Source: Hydrurus foetidus (taxonomy: Eukaryota). From it: a stretch of DNA of 64,000 nt. The position numbers were made by a program, and so were the translations under genes. The DNA is taken from positions 1 through 64,000 of the forward strand of contig UYFQ01000510.1 in assembly GCA_900617105.1 (NCBI GenBank). The letters run 5' to 3'. Positions within the stretch are counted from its first letter, which is position 1. Every line of letters starts with the position of its first letter. Below, in pieces: positions 10,113 to 21,800 of this stretch. The notes under the pieces were generated by a model. It was not told the DNA's origin. It saw nothing but the letters and a program-made list of their open reading frames with translations, and did not search any database.

Positions 10113-11951
10113 AAAGCTAGATTGACATCATTGCAGTCTAGCCGGCTGAATCTGAGGCGCATCAGTAGATTGACATCCGATAACCCGGAACTTGGGCTGC
10201 TGCGTGACTTAGCCGTGGGAATGCGTGTCCCTATACCGATTGGCTTCAAACCAAATGGTTCAGGCGCGTTGACACCGCTCAGTGCCTCTTATCTTAAGGT
10301 CCATAAAGCGGTGAATAAGATGGTAGCTGAGACTGTGTCAAGTGGTCTAGGGTTTCTGTTGCCGAAAGATCTAGCTATAGAGACCATCCCTAGGCTTCAC
10401 CTGTGCACCGCCCACTGGGCACAGAAGAAGGGCAAGAAATCCGGACGACCAATATGGGACATGACGTACGTGGATGGAACAGCGCTCAACACTGAAGAAG
10501 CTACCAAGGAAGCGGAGGAATACTATGGGCCCATCCATCATCCAACCATAGATGACATAGCAGTCATGATAATGGATTTCTTCACGGCGCATGGGGCGAA
10601 CCACTCTGGAAAAGAATGGAGCGATCTGAGAATATGGAAAATGGATTTGAAAGGAGCATATACTCTCCTGTCGTTCCGACCAAACGATGTCAGCCTCTTC
10701 GGCATGGAAGTAACAGGCGACCTGATCTACTTACAACTATGTGGTATATTTGGTTGGGCATGCACACCAGCAGCGTTCCAGATCGTGACAAGGGCATTAA
10801 AATGAGAGTTTGGCCGAGCTCTTAGGAGCTCTACGGAGACGTACGTGGACGACGTAATAGGCGTGTGCTTCGAATCTGACTTGACATCTGATATGGCACT
10901 CGCCAAGGACATCTGCACTAGCCTTCTGGGGCCCAATGCAGTGGCCGATGAAAAGTCCGAGACAGGGAGACGACTCGAAGTCATAGGCTACACAATCGAC
11001 TTGACCCTAAAACTAGTTTCAATCGCGCGGAAGAACTTTCTCACAGCGGTTCACGGCTTTATGGCTATTGACTTGGACGGCAGAACTTCCTTGAAGACCA
11101 TGCAAAAGTTGGCATCATGGGGTAGTCGATATGGACGCATCTGTCGACTCATGCGTCCCTTCTGCGGAGCGCTGAATAGGGCGATTGCAGGCAGGCTAGA
11201 TCGCCACGCGACATTTAGTCTCGCGGAAGAAACGAAAATAGCCATCAGATGCTGGTGAGCAATCTTATTCCTCGTTCGCTACAACGAGCAACGATTCACT
11301 CGACCCCTCGCATCATTCAAAAGTGGTGTGGCAGAGTACATTGTCGAGACGGATGCATCACTGCACGGGGCAGGATGCCTCATCTATCGACGGAACCGCG
11401 ACTCGGAGGTATGTGAAGGGGCCAGTGCGGTAGATCTCCGATCACTCGGCTTCACGACTGAGTCAAGATTTCAGAATGTGCGCGAGTTCATCGGCTCGAT
11501 AGTTGGAATACTGGGGTTAGTGAGATTAGGTGTAAAGAATGTGTAAAGAAATTTGCGGAGATAGGATATCTGCACTCACGTGGGCTCAGAAAGAGAAAAC
11601 CCGTGGGATGCAGGTATCGAACGCAGCGATGGTGTACACTCTAGTCTGCGTGTCATACGGCATAGAGGCCAAGTTTGCGACTCATATCTCTGGGGAGGCG
11701 AACTTTCGATGTGACCAGCTCTCGAGAGTATCAGAGTCGGGAAGGACGGTAGACGAAGTCTTAGTGGGTCTAGGGTTGGGAGGGGCACAGAATCTTAAAC
11801 TGGATCAGGACAGTCGGGTGCTACAGCTGATAGAGAGCTGTCGCCCTTGCGAGCCTTTTAAAAATGAAATCGACTTCATAACATTTTGGCATAGGATAGT
11901 CGAGACCATAGCCTCATAGACATCCACATCGCACTAACATCCTCATCCACT

Positions 11952-13164
11952 GTGTCCCTAGACTCCCTCGCCCCTTATTTCTTTCCAGGGCTTCCGCGCC
12001 AATTACCGGAGCTTAGCAGCGCAGGGGTAGGGTTGTTCATAGCGCACTCGGTCACAGCGGCGACAGCAAAGTCATACGAAGGGCACTGGATCAAGTGGTG
12101 CAGGTTCATCAACGAGGACCTAGACAGCGAGGACCCCCTGCTAGGCGAATGGTTGGAGAAAGACAAACCGGCCATAGTATGCCTCTTTCTACAATTACGC
12201 TATGATGAGGGTATGCGGGGGAAGCAGGCCTCCTCTGTCACTACAGGGATCCGACTGAAATTTGCAGCGGCTCTTAGGTCAACGACTTTTCTGGATTCAG
12301 CGATTGTAACGGCGGCATGCACTGCATGCCGCATGACCACGAAAGAATGAAGGACCCAATGAGAGCGTGAAGCTGCCTCTGTGTGAGAGCTTACTGAAGG
12401 ACTTGAGGGCAAAGCTCTGGGCCGGCAGAGGGTGGGAGCGAAAGGATATTGATTGCAGGATGACCTACATCGGGTGCATGTGGGGTTACGACATGGATGC
12501 TAGAATATCCGAGTACACCGCCCATGAGGTGGGAAATGAAGACCACTATGTAAGGTGTAGCGATCTGGTAATCGGGATCAGAGGTGCTATGGATAGCTAC
12601 CAAGTAGGGGGCGGGTCGTCTTTTTTAAGGGATCTAAGGGAGGGGAGAGCATCAGCTTCACATGTACTGGGGTTCCGAGTACTTACCGCGTCCCAGGAAA
12701 CGGGTGCACCCGTGAAGGCCAAGACAGTTGGTAGACGATCGCCGGAAGAGAGTCAGTTTTTAGAAGATCTGGTAACGTTCATAGCTTTCTCAAAGGTATT
12801 GCAATCAGATGAGCTGTTCTGCCGATATCTGGAACGGCGATGAGGAAAAGTCGACAGGAAACGGCTTCAGGGTAGGATGGTGAGAGAGGCGGTTAAGGGA
12901 GTGTGTCGCGATGCTGGACTACCGGCGGAATATTTTTCATCGCACTCTCTTCGGAAAGCAGCGACAACACAGATGAGAGCTATGGGAGTTTCATAGCTAG
13001 ACATGATCGATGGAGGGAACTACGTCGAAGGGTCCAAGATCATGACAGCCGTCTACGATTACTCTGCGGGAGGACATCGGCCACTGTCGTCGAACTCTCT
13101 TGTCGGAGGTACTCAACCTAGTAAGGACGACGTGAGAAGCTGGTTGCCCTTTGGGGTAGTATGA
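11952..13164 (+). pseudogene. Tyrosine recombinase of the DIRS-order element (stops at 12348, 12841, 12994; frameshift near 12360)
   Basis: Core-binding-like TAKSYEGHWIKW; catalytic R in ARISEY; FSSHSLRKAATT; GNY..SKIMTAVYDY read through the stops. Confidence 0.88.
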
Positions 13165-13278
13165 GTGTTGCTTTGAGTCCTTCGGGTGGGGTGGGGGGAA
13201 GGAGTCATCACAATCCACATTAGAGAACCTTCTAGAAGTAGGAGACACTTTCCCCGTGCTCACAAGAGTGAACCCCAA

Positions 13279-13756
13279 TGTAAGATTACAAAACATGTCG
13301 TATGAACCAGCTTCTGTGGTGCACACGTACGCGTAAGAACTGTGCCAAGCTTTGCTACGGGTTTTGTGAGCAAACTAAGAGGTCGGGTACGTGCGCGTTC
13401 GTTGGTGTACATACTCAGTGCTGTATGTGAGGATCTTGGGTCAACCGTACTTACGCGAACGTACGAATTAAGACAGTGGAAAGTGTTGTATGTTGCATAC
13501 GTAGAGCTGGCGTTGGTACGAGGTGTATGCACGTACGCGACACTTCCATGAACATTGTCTTGAGAGTAACACTTTGGATGTGTGTGACCGAACGTATATA
13601 TACATATCATGTTTGTGAACTGTAAACTTCGTGAACGTCATCAGTGATGATGCTACACAAGTTTTAATGACAAGTATCTGATCGTATAAGTCATTTTACG
13701 AGCCTTGAGAAGATTTCCGTATACCGAGTCATTCGAGAAATCACGATATCTCAACA
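13279..13756 (+). repeat. Probable 5' LTR of Copia 1 (3' end at ...TCTCAACA 13756; start uncertain)
   Basis: TATA-like TATATATA near 13595; CAACA end 26 nt before the gag ATG, mirroring Copia 2 (25 nt); no second copy in the window. Confidence 0.6.
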
Positions 13757-13782
13757 CATTAAAACTACGAGGAGCCATTGTG

Positions 13783-16700
13783 ATGCCTCCAAAACGTGCA
13801 GTAGAATCAAAGGATGTGCCAGAATGCATTCTACGCATCGGCAAGTACAACAACGTTGTAGCATGGAACCTAGAGATGCGTTCCGTTGTTGGCACCCTGT
13901 ACGGGACAATGTGGGATACGTCCCGCCCTATCCCAGGGAGGAGGACTACATGCCGATCAATCCAGACCTAGCTGACGGGCAGGCACCCCCGTCATACCAG
14001 CAGCGCTCATAACGAAGCTTAGAGAGGACTGTTTTACCGGTAGGCGCAAGGACATAGCGCTACAGCGTAAGGACGAACAGAAGATCTGGTCGAACATGTG
14101 GACACGAATGTCACCCGCGTCGCAAAGCAAAGTCCAAGAAGAGCCAGGCTACGCGAACGCTCTACTCGCACGAGACTGCGTAATGCTGTGGGAGTTCATC
14201 AGGCGCACTCATCTTACTCACATCTACGGAGATGGTGATCCGATGCTGGCTCTGAACATCCAAGACCAGGAACAACGATACAATGCTATCAAACAAGGGG
14301 ACAAAGAGTATGTCTCCAACTTCAAGCTGCGATTCGACGCACAGGTACAAGCGTGTTTAGGTGCGGGGGTGACCAACGTCACTGAACCGAAGCGCGCACT
14401 GGACTTCATATATAAATTGGACCCAAAGAGATTTGGAAAGATGTTGGCGTTCATGAGGAATAACGCGCTGGTTATGGAAGGAGAAGCATTCCCGCAGACC
14501 CTAGGGGCCGCATGCCGCATAGCATCCGGATGGGTAAACGAGGATACCGGTGGACCCCAGATCCCCGGATTTGAAACCCACGCTGCGTTCGTCGCTGAAA
14601 CAGAATCAAACCTGGTAGCAAAGTCCAAGGACCATGAAAAGGGAAAACGAAGTACGACTAAAGGAGACACAACTCCAAAGAAGAAATCATCAACGGATGT
14701 GGAATGCTTCGTGTGTGGCGAACTCGGCCACTACGCGCGAGACTGCCCGGCAAAGAAGAGTTCAGCGCGCGTCCTCGTCGCAGCAGCAGAGGCTGAGAAC
14801 GGAAAACGATATGGAGAATCCGACGATGAAGAAGAATATTGTGACGAAGTTGCCTACATCACGTCCAGCGAAACGGTGTTGTTCTCCCGAGACGATGTGC
14901 TACTTGATAGTCAGGCGTCGGTCAACGTATTCTGCAACGAGAAGCTTCTGCGCAACGTGAGGAAATCAGAGAAGCGAGTCGTGCTTAATGGAGTCCAGGC
15001 GAGAGCCGATGGGGTAGTCATCAATCTAGAAGGAGAATTCGGTGATGTCGGAAAGGTATATTTCAGCAAAGACTCTACGGCGAATATCTTATCCTACGCG
15101 GTTATGGTCGACCAAGGCAACGACATCAGTTACGATAAGATTAACGACCTATTCCTACTGAAAGCACTAGGAAGCTCGAAGGTATATTCGTTCAGCAGAA
15201 AGCAAGTGAGCGGCAGCGGAGGCCGGTTCTACTGCTGTAACGTCAAATCAATGACGAGCACTCAAGACACATCAAACACTGTAGAAGAGCTCGCGTTGAT
15301 CGAAACGATTGCAGACAACATGCAGAAGTATTCGAAGAGAGAGGTCGAGGGAGCGGATCACGCACGACGACTACTCAGCAAAATGAGATTCCCGTCAATC
15401 AGCCAAGCGATAGACATCATCACACGAGGAAGGAACTTCGACGTGACGGCCAGAGATTTCTTAGTGGCGGATGCAATTTATGGGAAAGATATCGCGTCAT
15501 TGAAAGGAAAAACAACTAAGAAAGCAACGAAGGTGGCTGACATTACAGTGGGCGCAGCAATCGTACAGCAAGAGCAAGTGCTGTCAGTTGACATAATGTT
15601 CGTCGACGGGGTCGCGTCGCTAATCGGGTTGGCAACCCCGCTAGACCTAACCATGGCCGTCTCACTCCTATCGTTCGATACGCTCCAGAGCTCAAGATCA
15701 GCAGTTGCGGTGAAGAAAGGACTCGAAGGATTCATGTCTACATTATCATCAAGGAATTTCGTTATACGTCTGTTTATGAGTGATGGCGAAGGAGCCGTAG
15801 GAGCTATCAAGGATGACCTGAATCTTCTCGGCATAGAAGTCGACGTAAGCGGGGCAGGCGGCCACGTCGCGAGAAGCGAACGAAGGATCAGAACTGTGAA
15901 GGAGCGTGTGAGAGCATATATGTCTCATGAGCTGCCGTTCTCCCTCACTGCGGTTGGAATAGCTATGCTGGTTTTATTCTGTGCCTCGAGGATCAACTAT
16001 CAGACTTCCGAATCGAGGTGAGGTGACGAATGTCCACGAGTAGCTTTCAGCGGTAGACAAGTAGATGCGCTGCTCGACTATAGAATCGGATTCGGGCAGT
16101 ATGCGCAATGCACCGTGGCGAACACAGACCGATCGATGTCTGCTAGAACAGAGGACTGTCTAGCTATGCTACCAACTGAAAACAGAACAGGTTCTGTAAA
16201 AATGATGTCAATCGGTACGGGCAAACTAGTCACACGGGACCAATTCATCATCCTTCCTATGCCCACGTCTGTGATCAACAGATTAAATGAGATGGCTGCA
16301 TCAGAAGGTAGGAAGATCGTCATCAGGAGCGACATGGTGTATGATACAGAAAGCGGATTACGGAAAGCGGACGATCCCACCTACAACAGTAAGATTTACG
16401 GTAGACCAGGAGATTACGGCCAACGGGGTAGATATGGGAGAGGTCTTCGTACCGCCTCAATACTCTTCACCAAATCATCAGAATCTCGCGGACGATGGTG
16501 GACTTGGAGCGGCACACGCCATAGACAATGCCAACGAGAGCTATTTCGACATTCCGGATTTGGATGTTGGTCCGTTGGTAGAATTCGAGCAGTATGTAGA
16601 ACCCAACGCCAATCCAGATGCCTCTATACTGGTGTCACCACCAAGGACTGCTGTCACCCCTACTTACTCGAGATACAATACAACTGCAGAGCCGATCCAG

Positions 16701-18404
16701 TCTGTGAGACAGGATCTGATGGACTATTATAACAACAGCGATGTGCAGACTACTGCCCTTATTGCGCACGAACAGGTGGAGCATCTAATAGAGCACGCTA
16801 TGAACATTACGGTGAAGGAAGCACTGAGAAGTAGGGGTGCCGAAGCTGAAAGGGTAATCCTGAAGGAGCTATCTCAGATGGTAGATAAGAAGGTGTGGAC
16901 ACCCGTACAACTGAAGAAACTTACGAACACAGAAAAAAGGGGAATCGTTCGCTCGCAGATGTTTTTGAAGGAAAAATACCTTCCAACCGGAGTGTTCGAG
17001 AAGCTTAAAGCTAGACTAGTAGTGGGAGGAAATCAGCAGGATAAGGATCTATATGACGACCTCTCTTCCCCAACTGTCTCGACATGTGCGGTGATGACTA
17101 CCTTTGCTATAGCGGCGTATGAAAAGAGACATGTCTCTGTAGTGGACATTACGGGTGCATATCTGAATGCGGACATGAATACAGGAATCATTGTATACAT
17201 GCGTCTCGATCAAACTATGTCGTCAATGGTATGCAAGATCAACAAGACGTACGGAGAGTACCTGGACGACAAGGGGTGTATAGTCGTACGCCTCGACAAA
17301 GCCCTATACGGGTGCGTTGAATCTGCGGCTCTATGGTACGAAAATCTGTCCGATGCGTTGAGTGCAGCTGGATATGTCAAGAACAGATATGAGATGTGTG
17401 TGTATAACAAGACGAATATAAAGGGGATCCAGTGTACGGTGGCGGTACATGTGGATGACCTCATCATATCTAGTATCGATAAGGGCATGATCGACTTCCT
17501 ATGCGAACACCTCCGCATAAGATATGGAATGATCACTCGAGCAGATGGTCCAGTAGTCAACTACCTAGGCATGGTATTCGACCTCACGGTCGCTGGAGAA
17601 GCAAGATTGACTATGAAGGGGTATGTCGAAGATACAATCACGTACGCGGGAGTTACGGGTACGGCTAAAAGCCCAGCAACAGACGGACTGTTTGAGATCA
17701 GGGAAGGTGCTGTGATGGCGAATGAAAAGATGAGAGTGTGGTTCCACAGCGTAGTCGCTAAACTAAGATACCTTGCTAAGCGGGCAAAACCGGAGTGTCT
17801 TACTGCGATAGCGTTCTTAGCCACCAGGGTCACGAAGTGTACTGAAGATGATCTGGAGAAACTAAGACGAGTACTGAGATACATTGCTGGAACGTGAGAC
17901 AACGGAGTCGTGTTCAGACCAGGGGTGTTAAGGATATGTGTGAGAGTATATGTGGATGCAGCATACGGGGTGCATGCTGACGGTAAGTCACACACCGGAA
18001 GTTGTGTCGCCATAGGAGATGTCGGGCCTGTCCATTGCAAGTCGAGTAAGCAGAGTATTGTGACGAAGTCTAGCACAGAAGCGGAGCTAGTAGCTCTATC
18101 AGACTCAGCTAACCAAGGTCTGTACTTGCGTAACTTCTTGAAGGATCAAGGATACAAGATGGGACCTATCGTGATATACCAAGACAACACATCCTGTATG
18201 GCTCTGGTAGACAGAGGAAGATCGGGAGCAGAAAGGACAAGGCACATAGGAATCAAGTACTTTTGGTTGAGCGAGAGGGTTACGAGAGGTGAAGCAGAGG
18301 TGCGACACAAAGGAACAAAGGAGATGTATGCTAACCTGCTTACTAAACCCCTACAGGGAGCACAGTTTCAGCACGAGAAGAAATTACTAACAGGTTGGCT
18401 GTAA
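13783..18404 (+). pseudogene. Copia 1 gag-pol polyprotein with stops (16019, 17895) and frameshifts
   Basis: Starts MPPKRAVES; colinear with the Copia 2 polyprotein; ORFs 14096, 16115, 16287, 17910. Confidence 0.9.
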
Positions 18405-18506
18405 TGCTAACGAAGGCGCCTGACGAATAGGATGATATGCGAGTGATACAACATACGATATCATAAAACGAGTGAAGTATAATCTATGCATACTATTCGA
18501 AATACT

Positions 18507-18817
18507 AGGATCTTTGGGTTCCGAGGTCGTGCACGAACGAGGTAGTACAGTACCGAAAGATCTCAGAGCCAAGGCTTGTAGAATAAGACAACCGTTGTCA
18601 GTAAATTCTTGTTAATTTGACTGTGATGCATCCTCATGACAACCACTAGTCTCTCTTGATGCATCCATGTCTATATATTCCTACACTACGCTTGAAGTAC
18701 AGAACAAATGCACAGGGTCCATACATCTCATTTACGCCACACAAATAGTCCGTACCGCCGTACGGAGCCATAAGTACACATATTGTGTTCGTGTCATAAA
18801 CTACGATACCTCCAACA
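18507..18817 (-). repeat. Copia 2 3' LTR, missing its last 6 nt
   Basis: Matches 23775-24085; terminal TGTTGG (plus strand) is absent. Confidence 0.93.
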
Positions 18818-18883
18818 CACCCCTATGCCACATCACAATTGTTACTATTCACGCATCAAACGTAAGACGTAATGAATAAAATT

Positions 18884-21800
18884 CTATACTATAATGTCGT
18901 CTTCCCACCCGGTGAGTCCATGTCTCTCTCACTTGAACTGGGCTCCTTGCAGAGGCTTTGTCAGGATGTTCGCATACATCTGCTTCGTCCCTAGGTGCTT
19001 CACCACCGCTTCTCCCATGTCGACTCGCTCCTTGAGCCAGAAGTACTTGATCGCAATGTGCCTGGTCCGTTCCGCCGCTGACCGCCCGCGCTCGATGAGA
19101 GACATGCACGACATGTTGTCTTGATACACTGTGACAGGCTCGCACGAGTGTCCTTGTCCTATAATGAAATTTCTCAAGTGTAGTGCTTGGTTAGATGAGT
19201 CAGACAAGGCCACCAGCTCCGCCTCGGTACTGGACTTGGTGACTATCTGCTGCTTCGCCGACTTGCAATGAACTGCACCCCTCTCTCCGACCACAACACA
19301 GCTTCCAGTGTGCGACTTGCCATCCGGGTGCACCCCGTATGCCGCATCGATCACCACGCTCAGCACTATCCCCTTGTTCCCTGGGGCGAACACCAGTCCT
19401 CTGTCTCGAGTACTGCACACGTACTTGAGTAGTCTCTCAAGTTTCACCAGGTCATCCACGCTACACTTGGTCACTCTCGTCGCCAGGAACGCCACCGCTG
19501 TAAGGAGGTCCGGCCTTGCACGCTTTGCCAAGTAGAGTAGCTTCGCAACGTGACGGTGGAATCGCACTCTCTGCTCATCCGTCGCCATGGCTGCGCACTC
19601 CCGAACATCAAACAGTCCTTCTGTGGCGGGTGTTCGCGCTCCTCCGACTGTCCCACTCTCCTTCAGCATGTCTCCCACATACCCGCTCATCGACACTCTC
19701 GCCATACCTGCTTTAGTCATGTCGAAAACCATACCTAGATAGTTAACCACAGGTCCATCTTTGCGAGTGATGTCTCCATACTTCTTAGTCAATCCCGCGG
19801 CTAGTGACTCGATCATGCTACTGCTGATACTAGTGATCATTAGGTCATCTACATGGACTGCACCCCGTATTCATCGTGTTTGTTAAACACACAGATGTCG
19901 TGAGTGTTCGGCACGTATCCCAGCTGTGACAGACTCTCTCGCAAGTTCTCGTACCATAACGCCGCTGATTCCACACACCCATACAGTGCCTTGTCCAAAC
20001 GCACCACGACGCACCCCTTATGATCTGCGTACTCCGAGTACTCCGGTGCAAGCTTGATCATCATGTTGGTCATGTTCTTATCTAGCCTCATGTGCACCGC
20101 AAGTCCCGTCGTCATGTCGGCGTTAAGGTAGGCTCCGCTTATGTCAATAGCAGTGATACTTCGTTTCTCATACGCCGCTATGCATAGTAGAGTAAAGACG
20201 GAGCTTGTCCCGACAGTTGGTGCCGATAGATCATCATACAGTGTCTTGTCTTGCTGATCGCCTCCAGCGACCAGTCTTGCCTTTAATTTCTCAAACTCAC
20301 CACTGGCGAGAAACTTCTCCTTCAAATACATGCTTGAACGGATGATCCTGTACTTCTCGTCTCGAGACAGACCTCTGAGGTCAACCGGTGTCCACACCTT
20401 CTTACTAATCATCTGTGTGAGCTCTTTCTCTATCACACTCACGGCTGCGTCGCCTCTTGTCCGTAGTGCTTCATTCACGGAGATGTTCAACACATGATCA
20501 CCCCAGTCCACTCCGTCACCATCATAGTTCCGAGTCAGTAGTGCAGCTCCACCTTTGCCGTTCCTGAAATAGTTCATGAAATCTTGGCTAGTGACTCGAG
20601 GGTGACGCGGGACATCACTGTTCTTCTCTGCTGAATCGATGTTCGTGCTACCTGTATCGTCCTCCCCTGCGTCTACGCCGTCCACCGCTGTGTAGTCCAC
20701 AGGCACGCCTTGTGCATCGTGTGTTTCTTCGCTGTCCTCTTCTCGAACAAATCTTCCTGCATCCATGCTTTTGAAACTGTTGATGAGTTCTTCCATGTCG
20801 CTCAGCTTCTGTTTCGCAGGCACATTCAATGGAACGATCGCATCGTCGCAATAGGTAGACTGGTTCAGGTCTGGGAGGTAGTCTGTTACATCGTTTCCTT
20901 CCTCCTGCTGCTCATCCGGAGTATCGTTGACGACATCAGTACGGTCATCGCTTTCGAGTACTGCTACCGAAGGGTCTATTCCGTTGTTCACAGTGATTTC
21001 TATCGTGTCAGACAGTCCTCTCTTGGCATCACTGTCCTGCATGTAAGATATCGGTCTGGTCTCTAAATCCCCTTTTCCCTTCACTCTCCCATCCGCTAGT
21101 GCGAGTTCATTCAGTCGCTTGATTACAGACTCCGGCATGGGTAGTATTTGGAACTGATCGCGATTGACTAGTCTCCCAGTTCCCAGCGATAGCATTCTCA
21201 CAGTACCAGTTCTGTTCCCCAGAGGGAGCATAACCACGCAGTCCTCGGTTCTTGATCTTAGTGTGCTATCTGTGTTTGGCACAGTACATTGCGCGTAGTC
21301 GCCGAATGAGCATCTAAAATCTCGCTTCCCATCTGGCTTCCTTCCAATAAAAGCTTCTCACGGGGTGGGGCCCGATTCCCGTAAACCACCCGGCTCATAG
21401 TTCAGCCTTGATACGCAGTACAGTACGCACATCGAGATACCCACGGTCGATAAAGTAAAAGGTAGATGATGTGCGACGTGCGCTCGTACTCTCTCCTTAA
21501 TTACACGAATCTTTCTCTCCATTCTAGCAACGTGTCCTCCGGCACCGCTAATGTCTACTTCCACGCCGAGCCTCCCCAGCTCGTCGACAAGGCTGACGAC
21601 TGCTCCCTCTCCGTCGCTCATGATCACGGACGTCCGAAAATTCTGTGATGCGAGCACCGCCAAGAAATGATTGATTCCCTTCCTGACTTCTGCTGCCGCC
21701 CTCGATGACTTCTTCGACACGATGTTATTCAAACTGTATGCGATAGTTAGACCAAGAGGAGTTGCAACCCCGATTAGTATAGCCAGCTTTTCAATAAACA

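Larger units (their letters stand above)
9137..11919 (+). pseudogene. RT-RNase H (pol) of the YR retrotransposon; stops at 10803 and 11256, frameshift near 11540, insertion at 9834-10112
   Basis: DIRS-type RT and RNase H motifs; DMVK|ARLTSL junction is restored after removing the insertion. Confidence 0.88.
661..13164 (+). mobile_element. Degenerate tyrosine-recombinase (DIRS-order, Ngaro/PAT-like layout) retrotransposon: gag-like ORF, RT, RNase H, YR; interrupted by two insertions; true termini not identified
   Basis: RT motifs KMDLKGAY, GIFGWACTPAAFQ and YVDD (10842-10853); RNase H motifs ETDAS and HISGEANFRCDQLSR; YR motifs ARISEY, HSLRK (12943-12957) and VYDY; no DDE integrase or protease seen; reading frames rejoin across both insertions. 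Confidence 0.88.
13279..18506 (+). mobile_element. Copia-type LTR retrotransposon 1, degenerate; 3' LTR missing; 5' boundary approximate
   Basis: Gag CCHC (CFVCGELGHYARDC), protease LLDSQAS, integrase SVD..SDGE..ERRIR, RT KARLV, ALYG and HVDD, RNase H VDAAY, STEAE and ANLLTKPL, in Copia order (IN before RT). Confidence 0.92.

Noticed and set aside
11952..13164. Phage/integron integrase or bacterial contamination
   Set aside because: The YR directly follows a DIRS-type RT-RNase H in the same orientation, and the surrounding genes have spliceosomal introns
10803..21360. Alternative genetic code (TGA as sense) to explain in-frame stops
   Set aside because: In-frame stops are confined to decayed TEs, include TAG and TAA and co-occur with frameshifts; host genes use TGA as a normal stop
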